From: Lingula anatina
Taxonomy: Eukaryota; Animalia; Brachiopoda
DNA: 64,000 bases
Direction: 5' to 3'
NCBI GenBank assembly: GCA_051362555.1
Contig: CM120644.1
Location: 12,732,567 to 12,796,566 of the forward strand
Numbering within the stretch: the stretch's first letter is position 1; the number at the start of each line of letters is the position of its first letter. Both the position numbers and the translations under genes were made by a program. Below the pieces are notes generated by a model that had not been told where the DNA came from, made no database searches, and was given only the letters and a program-made list of their open reading frames with translations. Below, piece by piece: positions 1 to 11,197 of the stretch.

Positions 1-2540
1 GGTACAATACCCGAAGGCCGTGCCGTCTCTCTGATCCTTTGGTTTTAAACGAAATTTAATCAAATATTTTGTAATAGCATGTTATGCAGTGTCCCTTTAA
101 CAATTGTTTGCTTGACATTTTTAGTCGAGCAGAAATCAAGTTTTATGTTATCATTTTTAAAGAAGTCAAAGTATAATTACCTGGAGCATCCAATGCAAAT
201 ACAACAGTATTGCAGAACACATAGTGACCAGTAAAACCAGTACCTTGAAGATCCTTTTCAGTGCCATTATAAGAACAACCCTGTCAGCATGCAGCAATCG
301 TCAAAGTTAAAGTTATATATTAATATTGATGTGCTTTAAATTGCTTTTGGCAGTCGCTTGCAGTAGGCATTACAAATTAATACGGTATTAATTAAGGAAC
401 ACCTTTAGCCTGTTTTAAATACGCTCTTACCAGTATGGCATATATATTTCAATATGGTCATGTAAGTATGGCTTGGTTGTGCAAAACAAGGTTTGGCCTG
501 AAATATAAGCCAGTAAGACCTTCCTCAGGAACGAATTTATGTTAACAAACCTAAAGATGCAGCTCCAAAATGTGTGCGATTTGGATGTAAATTTACATAT
601 TAGACTAACAAGTAACTACTAACTGATCACCTAGGATTTATGATTTATGTTCTAGATTGATTTCAAATGGCAAATGACACTGCTAAGTACTTCGTGGCTT
701 ATAGATTTATTGATAAGTTTCAAGTGACTTCCGGTTTCACCCTCCAACGGTGGAGTGAAAACAAATAAAGATATTTCACCAAATTCAAACTGTGAGAAAT
801 CGGCCGTTTAATGTTCAGTGCAGAACCAATACTGCCAGTTATTCTGATTCTTTTAACACCATTCCCATTTGTACAGTAATTACAGATCTCTTCTTCTGAT
901 TTACTAAATCTAAACGCCTTCCCTTCATTTCATTTAAAGAGATAAACAAAACACAACCGATATAAAATACCGCGATATTACCATTTATCCCTTTATGAAA
1001 AAATAGCAATATTTCAAACCAGATGGAGAAGATACTTTTATTGCAGATATAAGATAAATATGTGAATTAAAACGACGAGAAAAAAATCCGAAAATCATGA
1101 TTTTGCTCAGAGCAAGGCTTTGTCCCACCTTAAACGCGGACTTTAAATGGATGTTAATTAATTTCTTTTAAGCTTTTGATTTACCAATATACTCAAAATA
1201 TACTGATGTAAATATTGTGCGTTGCAATGGTCTGTTTTAAAAACAGAATCATGTGGCATTATGATTTAATAACAAAGAAGGCATTCCAATAGCTTTGCAG
1301 TACTAGGTGAGTCAAATACGAAACATAATGGTTGGCATGCTTTGAAGTGTAGTGTGTTATAAATAACGAACAGATTTTATTTTACTACAAGAACATTTAA
1401 CATTACATCTCGGCTACATTCGGCCACTATCCCCCGGTATTTACAAACTGACGCTCTCCTTAATAACACGTATGACACTGGACTATTATTTGTCCTATTC
1501 CAAAATCTTTAATTTCTTACAGTTCTTTGGGAACAGGTCCACTTGTTGAATCAAATTTGTTCTAGGAAACGGATTTGATTGTGAACCTAGACAATACCTC
1601 AAATGTTTAAATAAACATCTCTGTTGAACATAGTGGGAAAAAATATTAAAAATTATGTAAAGCAATATGGCTTCTATACGTGCCTTGTGGCCATCACGGT
1701 CGTCCATGTTCTATATATTTTTTTCAACTAAGAGAGAGTTGTAAGCTTGTTGCAGACTTAATAACTTTGCTAATGATGTTGACTTTTCTGTCTGTAATCA
1801 AATCTCTCCGGTCAACGGCAACGTTGGTGGATAAAACAAAAAGGCAAAGTTTCACTTTTCTTTTCTTGTCTATCAATAGAATATCATAACCATTTAAAGC
1901 AAAACTCACAACACTAACTCCGGTACTATATGGTCCAGTCTGCACATTTTCGAATTCCAGCGTATAACAAAACGTACTTTTCACATCAAGAAAAACTGAT
2001 TTTCAAAAACATTAAGTAGCCTTGAAATGTACTATATGTACCTTAAATTCGTAAAAACAACAGGTTGTCAAAGCTTAGCGTTTTTGCGTAGCCTAATATA
2101 CGCTATTTTTGCCTTTAGTCCCGTCGTTGTATCTGTTCATAACATGTTAAACAACAGAACCATGCACTCCGAGTATTGAAATAGTGGCAACCATGTAAAC
2201 ATCCTGAGACTTGTGTAATAGGCGTGTTTTTGTACTGAACCGCGCATTTCGATTATGTGCAGCTGCACACACCCGAAGACTAAACCACAGTCAGTAGCGT
2301 TTCTTATTGTACATCATTTTGAATAATGTAGCAAAATTTCTGGCGGCGAATCAAATATTTGTAGCAGTTACTTCTTGATGACCATTTTCCCGCCAACTCA
2401 CAGGCTTGTCCTCTACCATTTGGTGCAGAATCAGTAATTTGTACTTGGCGGTAGATCTAATGTCTGTTACCGTCTGTACCTAGTGAACCGATCAACGTTT
2501 TGTTCTGCAGAACCAGCGTTACACAATATCAGGTAGTAGC

Positions 2541-2843
2541 TCAAAGATTAGCGACAGTCTCAGAACCACCAATCAAAGGTTTGGAGCTTTCGATATCCAT
2601 TTCCACGGTAACGGTCACGTGACCATTCGCTTTGTTTCCATTGCGGTCTCGATCTGGGGCTGTGCTGTGTCTCAGCTCAGTTTGCTTTCGTTTTTCATTT
2701 AGAGGCAGCAGCTGGTCGTTGTTCACACAGAGACTCGTCCTTGCTTCGCCTTTGTCCATTGATGTTCGTGTCCACCGCGTAGAGTTGATTATATTTCTGT
2801 CGTCTTGCCATCTTGAGAACTTTCGTTTCAAAGCATTCTGAAC
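2541..2843 (-). CDS. class B1 GPCR exon 10 (helix 8 and C-terminal tail, stop TGA)
   Basis: atattag| VQNALKRKFSRW...GGSETVANL*. Continues NGE|V in phase 0 into a helix-8-like segment and a Ser/Thr-rich tail. Confidence 0.93.
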   Translation of the reverse strand, partial: VQNALKRKFSRWQDDRNIINSTRWTRTSMDKGEARTSLCVNNDQLLPLNEKRKQTELRHSTAPDRDRNGNKANGHVTVTVEMDIESSKPLIGGSETVANL

Positions 2844-3188
2844 CTAATATGAAACAAAAGGGACCAGCTGTAGACTACATAAGTTACAGAAAGACGAAAA
2901 AGTGGATTGGTCCTGATGTATTTCGAGTTGGACATGACCACGGTGCATATGTAATAATTAGATCACCATTCTTAACATTGCATATAATGTTTATGAATTA
3001 TGAAATTTGTTTTCCCCCTTTTTTGTTAATACTGAACAGAGAAAGAGAGAAATATTAAAACAGCAATAGCTCTAAAGCGTATTATGCCTGATAGTGGTAA
3101 CGCGTGATGCCTAACTGTGGCTATAATAACAGCAATACATAATTAATATAAGGCATCCATTAACTTATGAAACTGAAAATGCCCCTAC

Positions 3189-3452
3189 CTCCCCGTTAAA
3201 GAAACAGTAAAACAAAGCGACGAAGAATCCCTGTGTGGACTGCAAGAAGGCATTGGTATACCTAAACACTTTGGTTGTGATAGGATCATTGCTCGGTGGG
3301 TACAGGAACAGCATATACGTGGCGCCGACTAGCGGCATTAAAATCAGAGTGGCCTTGACGGCCTTCCTGGAATGCCTGGTTTCTAAGCTATTTGACGCCC
3401 GTAGCTTGGTTATCAGCACCCACACTATTGTTCCCAGGAATATGAGATTGAC
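3189..3452 (-). CDS. class B1 GPCR exon 9 (TM5-ICL3-TM6-TM7)
   Basis: aaatag| VNLIFLGTIVWVLITKLRASNSLETRHSRKAVKATLILMPLVGATYMLFLYPPSNDPITTKVFRYTNAFLQSTQGFFVALFYCFFNGE |GTAGGG. 264 nt, phase 0-0. TKLRAS..ET...RKAVKATL is characteristic of CRF/DH44 receptors. Confidence 0.97.
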
Positions 3453-3933
3453 CTATTTGTAAGAATAAGGAAGAATTTGACGGGTACCATTTTATTGGTA
3501 TGGGCTGTGTTTAATGGCATAGAAATGCCTCCAAACACATGTACTATACAATGACAAACATTTGGGAAAATGGCGGAATTATACTACAGCAAACCGCTTA
3601 ATAAATCTAGATTTCCATTAAAACTGATGCAAGGTTTTACATTTAGTCTTTATCTGCACACAAAAAATCACTAATCATTTCTTTTTCATGAATTGGAACG
3701 GAATGTACATTACAGATTTTCTCATAATATCTTGGTTTAGTTTGGCCATTCAGAAACTCTTATGATTATATGACCGACCATCAGTATATGTATCATTGTA
3801 TCTTCACGTTTTCCGTATGTCATTTTCTTAACCAATTGCAATCATTCATAAAATTCTTGTAATATCATATTACAGAGAATATAGAGTGAAAACAATGATC
3901 TGGATTGTAGTGCCAATGGTACTCTTTACTTAC

Positions 3934-4012
3934 CCCTAAGACGAATAATATGGGTCCCGTCACAATATAATCTTCGGGTTGACTGTTATAATTCTCTGCA
4001 CCCCAGCAGTTC
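3934..4012 (-). CDS. class B1 GPCR exon 8 (ECL2-TM5)
   Basis: gacag| NCWGAENYNSQPEDYIVTGPILFVLG |GTAAGT. 79 nt, phase 2-0, with the ECL2 CW and TM5 YIxxGP motifs. Confidence 0.95.
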
Positions 4013-4206
4013 CTGTCAACGAAAAAAAATCCATCGTTTACTCAATTTAACTCACATGAAGTCAAAGGAGTCTCTGAGACACGTTTGCTGTAATAATTTG
4101 GTTCTTAAAAAGACAGTAGAGATAATTTTAAGTTGAAAATTTCATTTTATAAGCATTTGTACTATTATTATTACTCCAAGTACGAATTATAAATACTGAC
4201 GACTGA

Positions 4207-4215
<9 letters not shown>

Positions 4216-4297
<82 letters not shown>
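4216..4297. repeat. (TA)n microsatellite in GPCR intron 7
   Basis: Uninterrupted TA run of ~80 bp. Confidence 0.97.
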
Positions 4298-4298
<1 letters not shown>

Positions 4299-4410
4299 TG
4301 TACATGTAAATATAAGTTATGTCAGAATTTTTTTTGGGGGGGGGTATATTTATGATTTTAGCAAAGATGGAGGGAAACTATTACTGATACTAAATATTAA
4401 ATATACTCAC

Positions 4411-4471
4411 TCGTCACTTTGTAAATGGTGTTTTGTTAAAGCCCATGCGATGGACGTAGGTGCAGGGGCTC
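4411..4471 (-). CDS. class B1 GPCR exon 7 (TM4 C-terminal half)
   Basis: ttgcag| (G)APAPTSIAWALTKHHLQSD(E) |GTGAGT. 61 nt, phase 1-2, completing GWGxP......W. Confidence 0.93.
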
Positions 4472-5323
4472 CTGCAAAATAAAACTTATCCTGTAGAAAA
4501 TCAGAGTTTCTCTGTAATAAAAAGTTAAAATAAGTGCCAAGTACAGTCTCTTTTAATACATGCATGTATATTTAAACATACACTATAACGCAGACCTGCT
4601 GTATACTGATTATTGTAATGATGTTTGATATTATATGTTCATTTCTGTTCTATTCATCACGTTCTTCCACCTTAACCATCGACGAAAATGTTAAAATATG
4701 AAAGCACCGGTTTAGTTTAATAGCACCTCCTATTTCATTATGGAATTGCAAACAAAAAATGGTTTTGCATTTATTCTAAATTCCATAACTTCACATTATT
4801 CAGGTTGATATATAATGTCCCAAAAAACCACACACTTTGTATATTTGTAGATTCCATGCATTGTTTCCAACAGGTGAATACCAGCATGTTCCAATTCCAA
4901 CATTAAAAACGACAAATATCATGTAAGGATAACATGACAGCATAAATTTATCATGATTCATAAAGAACGTACTTTACAAATAAAACAAACGTCCAGTGAT
5001 GGAGCAATGGTTTGAGAGAAGAAAATAACATGCCGCGCAGGCGTTTTTTTTTCTGTGTTCATGAAAGCAGTACAGTGCCCTATTTTGTTAAAAAAAAAAA
5101 CAATGGCTAAAATTATATCAAAACACTCCTTTATCACTTCAACTGTGGAAAATACAATCACAAGCTTCCAACGTGATTGGAGTTTGCCACGTGTCATATA
5201 CATGTACCCTGTAAAATCTAGTCTATTGTCTGTTTCAAACAAGCTCAGAGCCTCTCTTTGTGCCCACGCAAAGATATTTGCCACTCGTGGTTTTGAAAGC
5301 ACATTAAAGAACAGGTTGCTTAC

Positions 5324-5477
5324 CCCAACCAATAAGCAGGTAAACCCACAGCTTGACCTTGTCGGCAGAGAAGGCCCACACCACCATAAGATGTAGGTAC
5401 AAACCCTCTACAAACATCCAGAAGTAATTCGTGGAATGCACATAATGCCAGACCACCAGTATGGCCTTGCACAGCCA
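5324..5477 (-). CDS. class B1 GPCR exon 6 (TM3-ICL2-start of TM4)
   Basis: ttccag| WLCKAILVVWHYVHSTNYFWMFVEGLYLHLMVVWAFSADKVKLWVYLLIGW |GTAAGC. 154 nt, phase 0-1, with the NYFWMxxEGLYLH signature. Confidence 0.97.
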
Positions 5478-5690
5478 CTGGAAGAGAAAAGAGACGATGT
5501 CACTTTGAAATGTGTTTGGTGTGCCTTGCTGCAGCACATCCAGCAGAATTGAACTTATTGTCACACATAACACAATCTCGCTTTCTTAATACCACCATGG
5601 TGGAACACAGTTGGTAGTGCAATTACAGTTTTAATATATTTTAATGATTAAATGCAGAGAGAGAGAGAGGGGGGAGGGGGGGGGGGTTAC

Positions 5691-5817
5691 CTGTGTCTCC
5701 TCTTCCAGGTGGATCTTAGGCAACAAAAGGTTCATGACCAGCATCCAGCTTATATTCCGCACCAGGAAGGACACCATGAGATGACAGTGGATTGTATTTC
5801 GTAAGCATCTTAAACTC
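5691..5817 (-). CDS. class B1 GPCR exon 5 (ICL1-TM2-ECL1)
   Basis: ttttag| SLRCLRNTIHCHLMVSFLVRNISWMLVMNLLLPKIHLEEETQ |GTAACC. 127 nt, phase 2-0. RCLRNxIH is typical of CRF/DH44 receptors. Confidence 0.96.
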
Positions 5818-6221
5818 CTAAAAGTACGGTTACAGAGAACTGAAACTCCATCATAGAGCAGTTTCTTTTCTATATTTTAGTGAAATAAACAAGCTTTTTG
5901 GTGTAGTGCCCCATTGCACATGAAAATGACAGTTAAAATTCGCGGCTTTTAGATATTTGAACTAAGAACAATGCTTTTTAGCACCCTTATTTTAGTCGAT
6001 AGCTAAAGTCTGCCAGGGAAATGCACACTTAGCGGGAATATAGCCCCCTTATGCATCTTAACCGTTTACGATTTACCTTTACGAAAACCGCTGGTGCTCA
6101 TGTCTCAAGCCATTGTACCTTTCTAATGTTTTTTTTTTTTTTTAAGATTTTAATCTTTATAATATCATTTAATATACACACTTAAGGTAACGGCAGCGTA
6201 AGACCTGCAGTACAGCATTAC

Positions 6222-6322
6222 CTGAAGTAGACAAATATGGTGAGGGCTACCAGGAGTGCCAGGCTGGACAGACCATACCCAGAGTAGTAGACAAGCCGGA
6301 CAGGGAAGTTGTGTTCTATGTC
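6222..6322 (-). CDS. class B1 GPCR exon 4 (TM1)
   Basis: ttttag| DIEHNFPVRLVYYSGYGLSSLALLVALTIFVYF(R) |GTAATG. 101 nt, phase 0-2. Confidence 0.95.
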
Positions 6323-9300
6323 CTAAAATAAGAAAATTTTGATCAACAAATGAAAAACACCAACGCCGTTTCTTTTTTTATTTTCTTCTTTTGTATAGCT
6401 ATTTTAGTGTTAAAATTCCGAGGGGAGAGAATAATGTCGTGCGTAAAGCACATGCCATTAGCTGCATACGAACATGTATAGCTGTGGATCACTAGAAGTG
6501 ATATTGTTTATATGTAAAATTGTTTGAGAAATATCTCAAAGTAATGGTGTGTCTGATCATCAATTTACAATGATTTTTCTATCGATTCTTGGAATGCGTG
6601 GATTATATGAGTGTTTTCTCTCCGATTTCCTCACGCAAAACTTGTTTTCGGCTCACGTTTGAGTGACAGTTTCGCTCTTACATCACGCCATTGACAGACT
6701 GTAGGATTCATTTTTTGGATGAGTCATTTTATTTACTAAAATGCTTAATGACATAACATTGTGACATATATAACTTCAATTCATAATCTTTTTGTATCAT
6801 CGAGGTAAAATTAATCAACCGCTAGTATTAGAGACCTACAAACAAGCGTCACCAAAACACTATATGGAATCTTGAAGGGAACAAAATTCAATACAAGACC
6901 GTTTATTTGTAAACTGATACCTCGGCAGAAACTATATATAACATGGCCTTAAACCAATGCTGTGTCATTTCATTGACAATCTGTCCTCGATCTGCTCCTT
7001 TCCTCATGTGACCCATGCAATACAGGTAATTATATTCTCCACACTATGGGGTCGGCAATAACATTTAGCAGTTAGCATTAGACATTTAGTTAAATCTGGA
7101 CCAAAAGTATTAAAATGTAAATTCTACTGATTTTGGAGTCTTACTGGCACCGAGAAGGTGGTGGTCAATATGGTTGTCACTCGGGTTAAAATACAACTTT
7201 AACAAATGTTGAAATGAGAAATGTCAAAGGATTCGTCCCTCCCCTCTGTGCTGTTTGAAAATGCATTCCACCAAACGGCATAATATTATGATACATTGCG
7301 CATAGTGATTACGAGTATCCTATTACAGAAAATGTTTGTGTTTACTTGTGCTTTATTTGACCATACAAAAAGATTTTGAAAAGATATTTTGACCATAAAA
7401 ATTTCTGACCTATGAAATAATAGAACTCGTTCAAATAAATCGATAGACAGCTGATACAAATCTCGTGGTGTACATGTAAAATTGTAAAGATAAGCTATTA
7501 GAACGTCATTAAGATGATGTCCAATCTATCTGGCTTACGGTAGTGAGGTTTTATATATTGGCGCAAAATTAACGACTTAAATGATATACGCGAGCAGATA
7601 ATCCGTCCGTCTTTCATAAAATTTCCAAGTAATTCTAGCACACCCGCAAAGTCTGCCTTCGACATTAATGTCGCCTGCAGCGGCCACAACGTTCGTTTTA
7701 TCATTTCAATAAGTGTTTTATAATTTGATACATGAGTCGTCTGTCAAAACCATTAGATTCTTGAGAAACTGTCTGAATGAAAAACAAACGCCGTTCCTTG
7801 GACGCCTCCCGCCCTTAGTCAGACAAGAGGCAGGCGATCTTTCCAACAAAGCGCGCCAATATAGGGGGTGCTGTGACGGCCTAGGTCTACAACTACCACA
7901 CGCGGCAGGTGGATGGCGTTCACATTCTGAAACGCACGGAACATCTCAATTTCGTCCTTTGCATTTAATTTTGCTGCACGGAAAATTTCATTCGCACTAT
8001 GAGCTGTCAGATTTCTATTAGAGCTGTCACCCTTGACCGGAAAGGCTACATTTTTATTTTCAAGTTAACTTAATCTTAAAGCTGTAAAGTGTAGAGAGCC
8101 ACCCGAGGCCATTGCCTCATTATATTACAGAATAAATGTTGGCAAAAATAGTGAGTCTATAATTGAATAGATTTATAACCCGGAAATAGATACTTCAAGA
8201 AAATCTGTTTAAAACGAGTACTGAAATGATTCGGGATTATCAGAAATAAATGGCATTGATCTATAAATGAAAATATTGTTACGTGGAAAATATAAGCAAG
8301 AATGCCGTTGCTAGTCTGTTTTAAAAATAAGACGAGAAGTTTTTGTTGAACGAGCCAACCTCTGCAGTGTAGGAGACTTAGACTGTTTATATTGGTCGAT
8401 ACATTTTGCTTTTTTAGATTAAAGGTAAAACATTAGAATTCATTTATTGATTATATGTTCTGAACATTTCTTACGTGTGTTTTTTCTCAGTTCAGAAAGC
8501 GTCAATGGTCTGTAGTTTCTATATATCATAAAAATAAAACTGCACAATGCTTTGGGGTGCAATATCCCATACACTATATTTTTTGCAAGCGAGCTTTTTA
8601 CTTGATAACACTTCGTTATCGCAACGGACTTTGAGATAGCTAAAAATCAGAACCAAGTGTTGGTTCCGCCCTAAGTTATTTACACCGTAAATCTGTTCAC
8701 TATTTATCTCGACTTCCCTCCTACTTATCTCAAAGGTTAAAGTAACAAATGTCGTCTCGACAAAATTCATAGGTTCAGGTCGTTCACCTGCGCACACTTC
8801 CGTTGGTCGCGCGTTGAACTGATTTTGAGAGAGAGAGAGAGAGAGAGAGAGAAATAGAGAGTTTTGGTTCGTAAATTTCATTTCAGGTTACGTCCCGAGG
8901 ACATTTCTAGAGCCGCATTTTGCAACCGGCGTTCTATTGAAAAACTTTGTCATAGGCAATGTTCCGCATCATTACCTACAAACACCCCGATCACATTACA
9001 AAAATCTTCAGTTTTCAGCTCTTTCGTGTAAAGTCTCATTTTTAGAATAATGACACCATATTTAACATGAGAACATGTGCATTAAAACTCATACCAAATT
9101 CAAGTGTGGATGATATTTTGGTTAACATTTATTTAATGTTTAAGAGAGTAGAAAAGAGGCGATTCATGAACGAATTTCCCCCAGATTAATAACCTAAATT
9201 CTAATGACGTCATCGATACATTGACCGGTTTAATACGGCATTTGAACAAAGGAAAATCTAGCCTTGTTCGAAACCTATAAATCCCTTTAGCACTGATTTA

Positions 9301-9496
9301 ATGGCTTGTCACCTTCAAGGTTACACCTGATGGATCTTAACCACACGCTCTTTTAATCTATAGAGCTTATCACAGCAACTGCTCATCTGAAAAGGTTCTC
9401 TCGAGATATTTCTGTTAAGGTAAACGATACTCTATTTTCTGTTTCAATTAGTCTCGGGTCAGAACTTCAATGCGCAAATTAAATAGTTCGTATGTG

Positions 9497-9535
<39 letters not shown>

Positions 9536-10303
9536 AGTTATGGGTCACAAAAGGATATCGCTGGGTCTTTTTTTTATTTATCACAGAGCAACATTATTTA
9601 ATATTGGGTTTTTATTTTTGTACTATAATTAAATCTACATTCGATGGCAGACGTACGAAGCTGATGTTATAAAAACACTAGCAGTTGAGGGGAAATCTTA
9701 TAAACGCTAAATAATCCATGGCACAGAAGCCATTTCTTTGGCGCCAATCCTCACTGACCACAAGTCACTTTTAGTTCAAGTTCTTTCTCAGAGTTACAAA
9801 CATATTTATATAGGTTCAGTGGGTTAATGAACATGACTGTTTAACCCACGTATGTTAGGTACCCTCTACCACGGTAGCAGATATTATAGGCACATTTTTT
9901 ACATTTCCATCCTGTAACTTTTCGCCAGATGGAAGCAGAATCTGCAACTGCGCAGATGGCATTGTACTCGCTCTGTAAGGAGTTTCTACAGGAGATTCCT
10001 CAGTTAACTTTAAATTTTAGTAAAAAGCTATTCAGAAGGGGCTTTTTTATCTGTCACAAAAAGAGCAAGTTTTTTTTATAAAAAAAAATATTGTATTGAT
10101 GGCTGTCAAGGGGACTTGGCTTGGGCCTGTGAAATGGCAGTGCCTGAGCAGTTATGCAAACAATTACCAGCCATGTAATCATCCTTGAGATTTCATTGCA
10201 GGGTGACAGAGAGCCAAATGAGCGTCTGTTTATCTAAGGACATCTGTGAATATCTTGTGAAAAATATGATAGGTGGTGAATAACGCTTTAAGGTTTGTCT
10301 TAC

Positions 10304-10398
10304 CTCCGGGTCCGGCGTGGGAAGCTCTGGTACGCAGGCAGCGTACTCTGCCTTCTCCGCCCACGTACCGTTCACGTGACAGTACCGCGTGGCGTTCT
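10304..10398 (-). CDS. class B1 GPCR exon 3 (ectodomain C-terminal half)
   Basis: tttcag| (K)NATRYCHVNGTWAEKAEYAACVPELPTPDPE |GTAAGA. 95 nt, phase 1-0, with the RxCxxNGxW...Y..C motif. Confidence 0.95.
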
Positions 10399-11071
10399 CT
10401 GAAACGACAATTGGTATGAATCTAATATCTTCCAGATAAACACGTTTTGTGTGTGTGTGTGTGTATGTCCGGACAAGAATCTTTGTCAGTTAGATTATGT
10501 TGATCATGATTAGAACATTCTTATCAATGCGGCCATCAAAGCCCACTTATCCCACCCTGCCTGAAAATACTGATACCATTTTCAAAACAAGACTGAACTA
10601 TTTGCTCTCTTATTCATTTCGTTTTGTTAACGAAGAAACAGTAAACTTCAGTGTTTAAATTATTCATCTCGCCTTTTTCAAACAACCCTTCCATAGCAAT
10701 AATTGAATTATTTTATGCTCGAATTGCATGCCACATCAATCGAATTGCAATGTATGCCACAGAAAAAATATTTCAATTGTCTGTATTTTTCAAACACTTG
10801 TAAAATATGGCATTAATTTGATATATATTATGTTTCACTAGTTAAAACGTCTATAGTAATTGTGTAATCCAAATCTTGTTCTAAATTGGTTTTTCGCGAA
10901 AATCATTATACCGATAGTTGAGTAATCAAACAATTTACCAAATAAGACATTGAAATAAATAGGGTTAAAAATTAAAGTGGCAACTTTAATAGAATAAAAG
11001 ATATTAAAAGTGAAGAATATTTTTTATAAAAAACTTTTATATGACATTATTTTAAATCACCAAAGCCTTAC

Positions 11072-11197
11072 TCGTGGCGTCCAGCGGATAGTCGCCTAGT
11101 TTAGGTGGGCATTGTATCACGGCTAGCGTTCCTGCCAGCGTAGTGGGCCAGCAACTCAAAGTGTTCCAGGTACTGTTACAATATATCTGTCCGTCAT
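11072..11197 (-). CDS. class B1 GPCR exon 2 (hormone-binding ectodomain)
   Basis: tttttcag| (D)DGQIYCNSTWNTLSCWPTTLAGTLAVIQCPPKLGDYPLDAT |GTAAGG. 126 nt, phase 1-1, with the CxxxWxxxxCWP...G....CP hormone-receptor-domain pattern. Confidence 0.95.

Noticed and set aside
2535-2560. PDZ-binding tail or stop-codon readthrough in the receptor
   Set aside because: The tail ends V-A-N-L with no S/T at position -2, and the stop context is TGA-G rather than the leaky TGA-CTAG.
4207-4482. 91-aa plus-strand ORF with a YIYIYI repeat
   Set aside because: It is a translation of the (TA)n microsatellite and is antisense to GPCR exon 7.
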